This document shows, in pieces, positions 58,378 to 64,000 of a stretch of DNA of 64,000 bases. Location: assembly GCA_046045965.1 (NCBI GenBank), contig JBJOKS010000022.1:1-64000 (forward strand). The letters are read 5' to 3'. The DNA is from Cyanobacteriota bacterium (GTDB taxonomy: Bacteria; Cyanobacteriota; Cyanobacteriia; Cyanobacteriales; Nostocaceae). Positions within the stretch are counted from its first letter, which is position 1; the number at the start of each line of letters is the position of its first letter. The translations under genes and the position numbers were made by a program. A model generated the notes under the pieces. That model had not been told where the DNA came from and did no database searches. It saw only the letters and a program-made list of their open reading frames with translations.

Positions 58378-59205
58378 ATGATCAAAATACTTTCAGAACC
58401 ATTAAGCATTGAATATTTAACTGTAGAAATTTTTGGCTTACCTCAACATTTACAAAACACTAAAATAGTTCAACTTTCTGATTTTCATTATGATGGGTTA
58501 TTACTAACAGAAGATTTACTTGCCGAAGCAATTGCTGTCACCAATCAACTAGAACCTGATTTAATAGTATTAACAGGTGATTTTGTTACTCATAATCCCC
58601 GACCCATCTATCAATTAGCAAAGCGGTTAAGGCATTTAGAAAGTCGCGCTGGTGTTTATGCTATCTTGGGTAATCATGACCTTTATTATACTCATTCAAA
58701 AACCGAAATTACCTCGGCATTAACTGCTGTAGGAATTGAGGTACTTTGGAATCAAATTTCCTATCCTTTAGGTTCAGATTTAGCATTAGTAGGACTCGCT
58801 GATTTTTGGTCTCCAGAATTTCATCCCGCACCTGTGATGAATTCTTTAGATATCAATATTCCTCGCCTTGTTTTATCTCATAATCCTGATAGTGCAGTAG
58901 TTTTGAAAAACTGGCGCGTAGATTTACAATTATCAGGACATACTCATGGGGGTCAAATTGTTATTCCCGGTGTTGGATCTGTCCCAAATTGGATTTCTTC
59001 TTCCCGTCACAAAATTCCTGAATTCTTTTGGCCTTGGATACCTTTTATGAAGGGGAAATGGCCGAAAGTAGTGGAAAATTGGCAATGGAGTCAAGGACTA
59101 CATCAAGTAGGTACAAATCAATTGTATGTAAATCGTGGTTTGGGAACTTTCCCCCCCGGACGTTGGTATTGTCCACCCGAAGTCACAGCGATTTCTCTAG
59201 TATAA
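58378..59205 (+). CDS. Calcineurin-like metallophosphoesterase
   Basis: SDFH, TGD, LGNHD, SHNPD, SGHTHGGQ. Confidence 0.93.
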   Translation: MIKILSEPLSIEYLTVEIFGLPQHLQNTKIVQLSDFHYDGLLLTEDLLAEAIAVTNQLEPDLIVLTGDFVTHNPRPIYQLAKRLRHLESRAGVYAILGNHDLYYTHSKTEITSALTAVGIEVLWNQISYPLGSDLALVGLADFWSPEFHPAPVMNSLDINIPRLVLSHNPDSAVVLKNWRVDLQLSGHTHGGQIVIPGVGSVPNWISSSRHKIPEFFWPWIPFMKGKWPKVVENWQWSQGLHQVGTNQLYVNRGLGTFPPGRWYCPPEVTAISLV

Positions 59206-59287
59206 AAACATTAGACATCTCTACTGAATTTTGCCAATATTCTCACCGAAAAATCCTCTCTTGTGGTAAAATTCTAATTCCTATGAT

Positions 59288-59468
59288 TTGGGAAACTTCG
59301 GTTAAATTCCGAGACTGTGCCGCAGCTGTAAAGCAATTTGAGATTTTAGATTGCTGATTTTAGATAGTTGATGCTGAAAAACCATCTAGTACAAAAGATA
59401 CGGGTAATCAGAAAATCCAAAATCTAAAGTCTAAAATCCAAAATTGAACAAGTCAGAATGCCAACTCT
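59288..59468 (+). promoter_or_regulatory. Cobalamin riboswitch (5' end atypical, large insert)
   Basis: GGGAAACTTCGGTTAAATTCCGAGACTGTGCCGCAGCTGTAA core and 3' AAGTCAGAATGCCAAC box upstream of cobG. Confidence 0.75.
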
Positions 59469-59521
59469 AGGAAATACATCTCAGTTCTGTCTCCGCGTCG
59501 CACGGGGAAGGAGTTATAGTT

Positions 59522-61066
59522 TTGTTAAGTGCATTTACTGCTTGTCCAGGCTTATTTTACACCACACCAGCCCAAGATGGGATATTATCTCGTCTGCGAA
59601 TACCCGGTGGTATTTTGAATAGTGAACAGTTTCGCACTATTGCTCACATAGCTGCTAATTATGGTGGGGGCTACGTCGATGTGACAAATCGCGGTAACTT
59701 GCAAATAAGAGAAATAAAAAAAGAAATAAATCTTGAAGTTCTCGAACAGTTACAAAAATTGGGTTTAGGTTCTATTAATCCCGCTGTAGATCATATTCGC
59801 AATATTATGACTAGTCCCACTGCGGGTATAGATACTCAAGAATTAATAGATACTCGTCCGCTAGTGCAAGCTTGGGACGAATATATAACAACCAACTCCC
59901 ATTTAGGAGGACTTTCGGCAAAATTTAGCGTTTGCTTTGATGGTGGTGGTAAACTTTCTCTGAAAAACTGCCCCAACGATATCACTTTTGTTGCTGTTCA
60001 GGTAGATGGGGGGGGTAGGAAAGAACCGAAGTTCCTTCCTACGGGGAAATGGGGACATAATTCAGTATACCTCATTTTGCATCTTTGTGGTGGCGAACAA
60101 GAAAAATTATCTAAAAGTACAGGAATGTTGTTAACACCAGCGGAATGTATCCCGGTTTTAGCCGCTTTAGCAGAAGTCTATTTACAACATACAGACTCTA
60201 GCAGTCGTCGGAAACCACGTTTGCGGGAAGTTATTTATAATTTAGGCTGGGAAAATTATCTACAACAAGTTAAAGAAAACTTAACCACTGCCAAACTCCA
60301 GGTAGGTACAAAGCTAGAACATCAAAATATCAACCATAGGAGCAAAGACGCAAATTTGCATATTGATAAAAATAAAAATTTATATCATCTTGGTATTCAT
60401 CGCCAAAAACAATTAGGTTTATTTTATATCGGTATTGTTTTACCTTTGGGGCGTTTGCAAAGTTGGCAAATGCGCGGTTTAGCTAATTTAGCCGCAAAAT
60501 ATGGTAGTGCTAATCTCAGACTCACACCTTGGCAGAATATACTGATCACTGATATTCCCCAGAAACACATTTCAGAAGTTGAAACAGAAATTACCCATTT
60601 AGGACTGAGCTATTCAGAACTAAACATCAAAAGCGCATTAGTATCCTGTTCTGGAAACCAGGGTTGTGCTGCTGCTGCAACTGACACCAAAAGTCATGCT
60701 TTAACATTAGGAGAATATTTAGAAACTCAAATTACCTTGGATTCTCCCATTAATATACATTTTAGTGGTTGTGTTAAATCTTGCGCTCAACATCATCAAA
60801 GTGATATTACATTGCTTGGTGTGAATATTGAGGCAGAAAATGAAACTTGGGAAGGATATCAAATGTATCTTGCTGACGATACCTTACAACAATTTGGTCG
60901 TCAAATTTATGAAAATGTGACCTTTGCTGAATTACCTCAACTCATGGAACGAATGTTAAAAGTGTATCAAATTAAACGGGTTAGTTCTCAAGAATCATTT
61001 AGAGAATTTGCCAATCGTTATGATATATCTGAACTCAAACAATTGTTCACTGTTCAATCAATTTAA
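59522..61066 (+). CDS. cobG: Precorrin-3B synthase
   Basis: ACPGLF...DG..SRLRIPGG, TNRGNLQIR, CSG..GC, HFSGC.KSCA. Confidence 0.9.
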   Translation: MLSAFTACPGLFYTTPAQDGILSRLRIPGGILNSEQFRTIAHIAANYGGGYVDVTNRGNLQIREIKKEINLEVLEQLQKLGLGSINPAVDHIRNIMTSPTAGIDTQELIDTRPLVQAWDEYITTNSHLGGLSAKFSVCFDGGGKLSLKNCPNDITFVAVQVDGGGRKEPKFLPTGKWGHNSVYLILHLCGGEQEKLSKSTGMLLTPAECIPVLAALAEVYLQHTDSSSRRKPRLREVIYNLGWENYLQQVKENLTTAKLQVGTKLEHQNINHRSKDANLHIDKNKNLYHLGIHRQKQLGLFYIGIVLPLGRLQSWQMRGLANLAAKYGSANLRLTPWQNILITDIPQKHISEVETEITHLGLSYSELNIKSALVSCSGNQGCAAAATDTKSHALTLGEYLETQITLDSPINIHFSGCVKSCAQHHQSDITLLGVNIEAENETWEGYQMYLADDTLQQFGRQIYENVTFAELPQLMERMLKVYQIKRVSSQESFREFANRYDISELKQLFTVQSI

Positions 61067-61092
61067 TTCTCAAATCCAAAATCTCAGAACTT

Positions 61093-61722
61093 ATGTTTAA
61101 TTATATACGTGATGCCAACGAAATATACAGAAAATCCTTCGCCATTATTCGCTCAGAAGCTAACTTAGATATTCTGCCCGAAGATGTATCACAAGTTGCC
61201 GTCCGTCTAATTCATGCCTGTGGAATGCCGGATATTGCCACAGATTTGGCATATTCACGCAATGCGGTAATCTCAGGGAGAAAAGCTTTAGCAGCTGGCG
61301 CACCCATTTTGTGTGATTGTCGTATGGTTGCCGAAGGTGTCACCCGCAAAAGATTACCTGCCAATAACGCCGTGATCTGCACCTTGAATGATCCAGAAGT
61401 CCCAGCAATAGCGAAACGGCTGACAAATACCCGTTCAGCAGCCGCTTTAGAACTATGGCGTTTTCATCTCGATGGGGCAGTTGTCGCTATTGGTAATGCA
61501 CCCACAGCCTTGTTTAGATTATTAGAAATGCTAGATGAGGGAGTACCACGTCCAGCACTAATTTTAGGCTTTCCCGTGGGTTTTGTCGGTGCAGCAGAAT
61601 CAAAAGCCGCTTTAGCAGCAGATAGCCGTGGTGTACCATTTTTAACTTTACATGGACGACGAGGCGGTAGTGCGATCGCTTCTGCTGCTGTTAACGCCTT
61701 AGCAACCGAGGAAGAAATATAA
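61093..61722 (+). CDS. cobH: Precorrin-8X methylmutase
   Basis: IYRKSFAII, RLIHA, IGNAPTAL, PVGFVGAAESK, GRRGGS. Confidence 0.95.
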   Translation: MFNYIRDANEIYRKSFAIIRSEANLDILPEDVSQVAVRLIHACGMPDIATDLAYSRNAVISGRKALAAGAPILCDCRMVAEGVTRKRLPANNAVICTLNDPEVPAIAKRLTNTRSAAALELWRFHLDGAVVAIGNAPTALFRLLEMLDEGVPRPALILGFPVGFVGAAESKAALAADSRGVPFLTLHGRRGGSAIASAAVNALATEEEI

Positions 61723-61724
61723 AT

Positions 61725-62429
61725 ATGAACTCAAAAGGTCGTCTGTATGGAGTCGGTGTCGGTCCTGGAGATCCAGAACTATTGACATTAAAAGCATTAC
61801 GCTTATTACGTTCGGCCTCTGTTATTGCCTATCAGTCAGCAGTAGACCGGGAAAGTATCGCCAGAAAAATTGTGTCGCCATATTTACCCGGTCATCAAAT
61901 TGAGGTTTTATATCATCTTCCCCGCGCCTTAGAACCAGAAAAAGCTCAAGCTATCTATGACAAAGAAGTTGAACCCATCGCCGAACATTTAGCCGCAGGT
62001 CGGGATGTGGTCGTATTGTGTGAAGGAGATCCGTTCTTTTACGGGTCTTTTATGTATATCTTCACTCGTTTATCTGACCAATATCAAACAGAAGTAGTGC
62101 CTGGTATTTCTTCTTTGATGGCCTGTCCAGTATCCTTGGGTGTACCCTTCACCTACTACAATGATATTCTCACCGTTCTACCCGCCACACTGCCCACAGA
62201 AATGCTCACTTCTCAACTTTTAGCCACAGATGCAGCCGCAATTATGAAACTCGGCCGCCATTTTACTAAAGTCCGTGATGTCTTGCATCAATTGGGACTA
62301 ACTTCACGGGCAAAATATATTGAACGAGCAACAACTACCCAACAACGCATCATACCCTTAGATGAAGTAGATCCAGAACAAGTACCCTATTTCTCTATGA
62401 TCGTCATACCTACTAAGCAAAGGCTTTAA
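61725..62429 (+). CDS. cobI: Precorrin-2 C20-methyltransferase
   Basis: GVGVGPGDPELLTLKA, EGDPFFYGS, MKLG, PYFS. Confidence 0.93.
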   Translation: MNSKGRLYGVGVGPGDPELLTLKALRLLRSASVIAYQSAVDRESIARKIVSPYLPGHQIEVLYHLPRALEPEKAQAIYDKEVEPIAEHLAAGRDVVVLCEGDPFFYGSFMYIFTRLSDQYQTEVVPGISSLMACPVSLGVPFTYYNDILTVLPATLPTEMLTSQLLATDAAAIMKLGRHFTKVRDVLHQLGLTSRAKYIERATTTQQRIIPLDEVDPEQVPYFSMIVIPTKQRL

Positions 62430-62495
62430 GGAGTCAGGAGTCAGGAGTCAGGATATATATTACTTCTTCCCAGTCCCCAGTAAAGAGTCCCCAGT
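62430..62495. repeat. STRR repeats (GGAGTCA; CCCAGTC)
   Basis: Visible heptamers. Confidence 0.7.
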
Positions 62496-62609
62496 CACAG
62501 CGCAATAGTAAGTTAAGACTATTGACTACGACCGAAAAACCTGATATAGTTAGTCTTGACGAGGAAGAACTATCTGGCAATAATTAAATAAAAATAATTT
62601 AAATATTAA

Positions 62610-64000
62610 ATGAAAACAAGGGTTGCACCAGCCGTTGTCATACTGGGACAAAATAGTATCGCAGTAGCCAGGCAAATTATCAGAATTTTACCAGGGGCGA
62701 AGTTATACGGTTTAGCAAGTCGCACCTGTGATGTTGATGCGAGTTATACGAATTTTGGCGATACACTGCGGGAGTTTTTTGCTGCGGGAACACCTATAAT
62801 TGGCATTTGTGCGGCTGGGATTCTCATTAGAACTTTAGCACCACTGATTACAGATAAAAGTCAAGAACCACCAGTATTGGCTGTAGCCGAAGATGGGAGT
62901 GCAGTTGTCCCGCTTTTAGGTGGACTAAGTGGGGTAAATGAATTAGCACGGCAAATAGCAGAAGCTTTAAATGTCCAAGCTGCAATTACAACTACAGGAG
63001 ATTTGCGTTTTCGCACAACGTTGTTATCTCCTCCTCCTGGATATTATTTAGCTAACCCAGAAGATGGGAAAAAATTTATAGCAGACTTATTAGCAGGAGC
63101 AAAAGTTAAATTAGTAGGAACAGCACCTTGGTTAAGTGAAAGTAACTTACCCATTGATGATGATGGTGAGTTAACCATTCAAGTGACAGAAAAAGAGGTG
63201 ATTTCTCAACCTAACTGTTTAGTTTATCATCCCAAAAAAGTTGCGATCGCCATCACTACCCCCAATTCAGAAACACTTAGCCACATTTACGAACTACTAG
63301 AAGACGCACAGGTTTCACCCAAAACAGTCGCAGTCATCCTTGCACCTCTCTACCTAGCTACTAACTCCATACTCCAAAATATTGCCAATATTTTTAAAGT
63401 ACCAAATCGGTTTTTCAAAGCCAGTCAACTAACAGAATTTACCATACAAGGATACAGTTTCCACGAAGCAGTTGTTTTTGCAGGTACAGAACCAAATAAC
63501 AAATCTTTGTGTTCTGCATTTTCCCACATTACTTTGAGCATTTCTCCCCAAATTATCGACCCTGAAACCATCGGACAACCACAGGGAAAATTAGCCATCA
63601 TTGGTACAGGACCTGGTGCATCAAAATGGATGTCACCCGAAGTTAAAGAAATTCTCAATCATGCTACAGATTTAGTAGGTTATAAAACTTATATCAATTT
63701 AATTGGTGCTTTAGCTGAAGGTAAAAAAATTCATGAATCTGATAACAGAGAAGAAGAAACACGGGCAAAAATGGCCTTAGACTTAGCCGCAGAGGGTAAA
63801 TATGTAGCGGTAGTTTCTTCAGGAGACCCCGGTATTTATGCAATGGCCACCGCAGTTTTTGAAGTCATAGATAAATATAATCAACCAGAATGGCAAACTA
63901 TTGATATTCAAGTAGCCCCTGGTATTTCTGCTATGCAAGCCACCGCAGCAGCTATTGGCGCACCTTTAGGACATGACTTTTGTGTAATTTCGCTTTCTGA
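62610..64000 (+). CDS. cobJ: CbiG-like N-terminus fused to precorrin-3B C17-methyltransferase; runs off the window
   Basis: Manual translation from ATG 62610: GICAAGILIR..DK..EPPV...VVPLLGG; in-frame GKLAIIGTGPG, VSSGDPGIY, GAPLGHDF. Confidence 0.9.
   Translation, partial: MKTRVAPAVVILGQNSIAVARQIIRILPGAKLYGLASRTCDVDASYTNFGDTLREFFAAGTPIIGICAAGILIRTLAPLITDKSQEPPVLAVAEDGSAVVPLLGGLSGVNELARQIAEALNVQAAITTTGDLRFRTTLLSPPPGYYLANPEDGKKFIADLLAGAKVKLVGTAPWLSESNLPIDDDGELTIQVTEKEVISQPNCLVYHPKKVAIAITTPNSETLSHIYELLEDAQVSPKTVAVILAPLYLATNSILQNIANIFKVPNRFFKASQLTEFTIQGYSFHEAVVFAGTEPNNKSLCSAFSHITLSISPQIIDPETIGQPQGKLAIIGTGPGASKWMSPEVKEILNHATDLVGYKTYINLIGALAEGKKIHESDNREEETRAKMALDLAAEGKYVAVVSSGDPGIYAMATAVFEVIDKYNQPEWQTIDIQVAPGISAMQATAAAIGAPLGHDFCVISLS

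Overview
AT-rich chromosomal window from a filamentous heterocyst-type cyanobacterium (Nostocales-like). The assignment rests on many HIP1 GCGATCGC sites, heptamer STRR arrays, ycf66 and Uma2. Housekeeping and metabolic genes: potC fragment, ileS, gndA, NDH-2, AGT, three Ser/Thr kinases, glycosyltransferases, a P-type ATPase/metK-paralogue operon, and cobG-cobH-cobI-cobJ behind a cobalamin riboswitch. Mobile and accessory DNA: a RAYT REPtron, a TnpB-only IS200/IS605 element, MITE-like repeats, a nuclease-ParA/ParB-like module and toxin-antitoxin-like pairs. The most striking locus is 42051-45044. A strong promoter drives a structured non-coding RNA ending in a tRNA-like acceptor stem and T arm. 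It is followed by a PARIS-like pair (ABC ATPase plus DUF4435/TOPRIM). The ATPase carries about four pentatricopeptide (PPR)-like repeats with canonical RNA-recognition residues, and the nuclease gene has an in-frame TAA at codon 17. All product calls come from motif recognition by eye; no searches were run.
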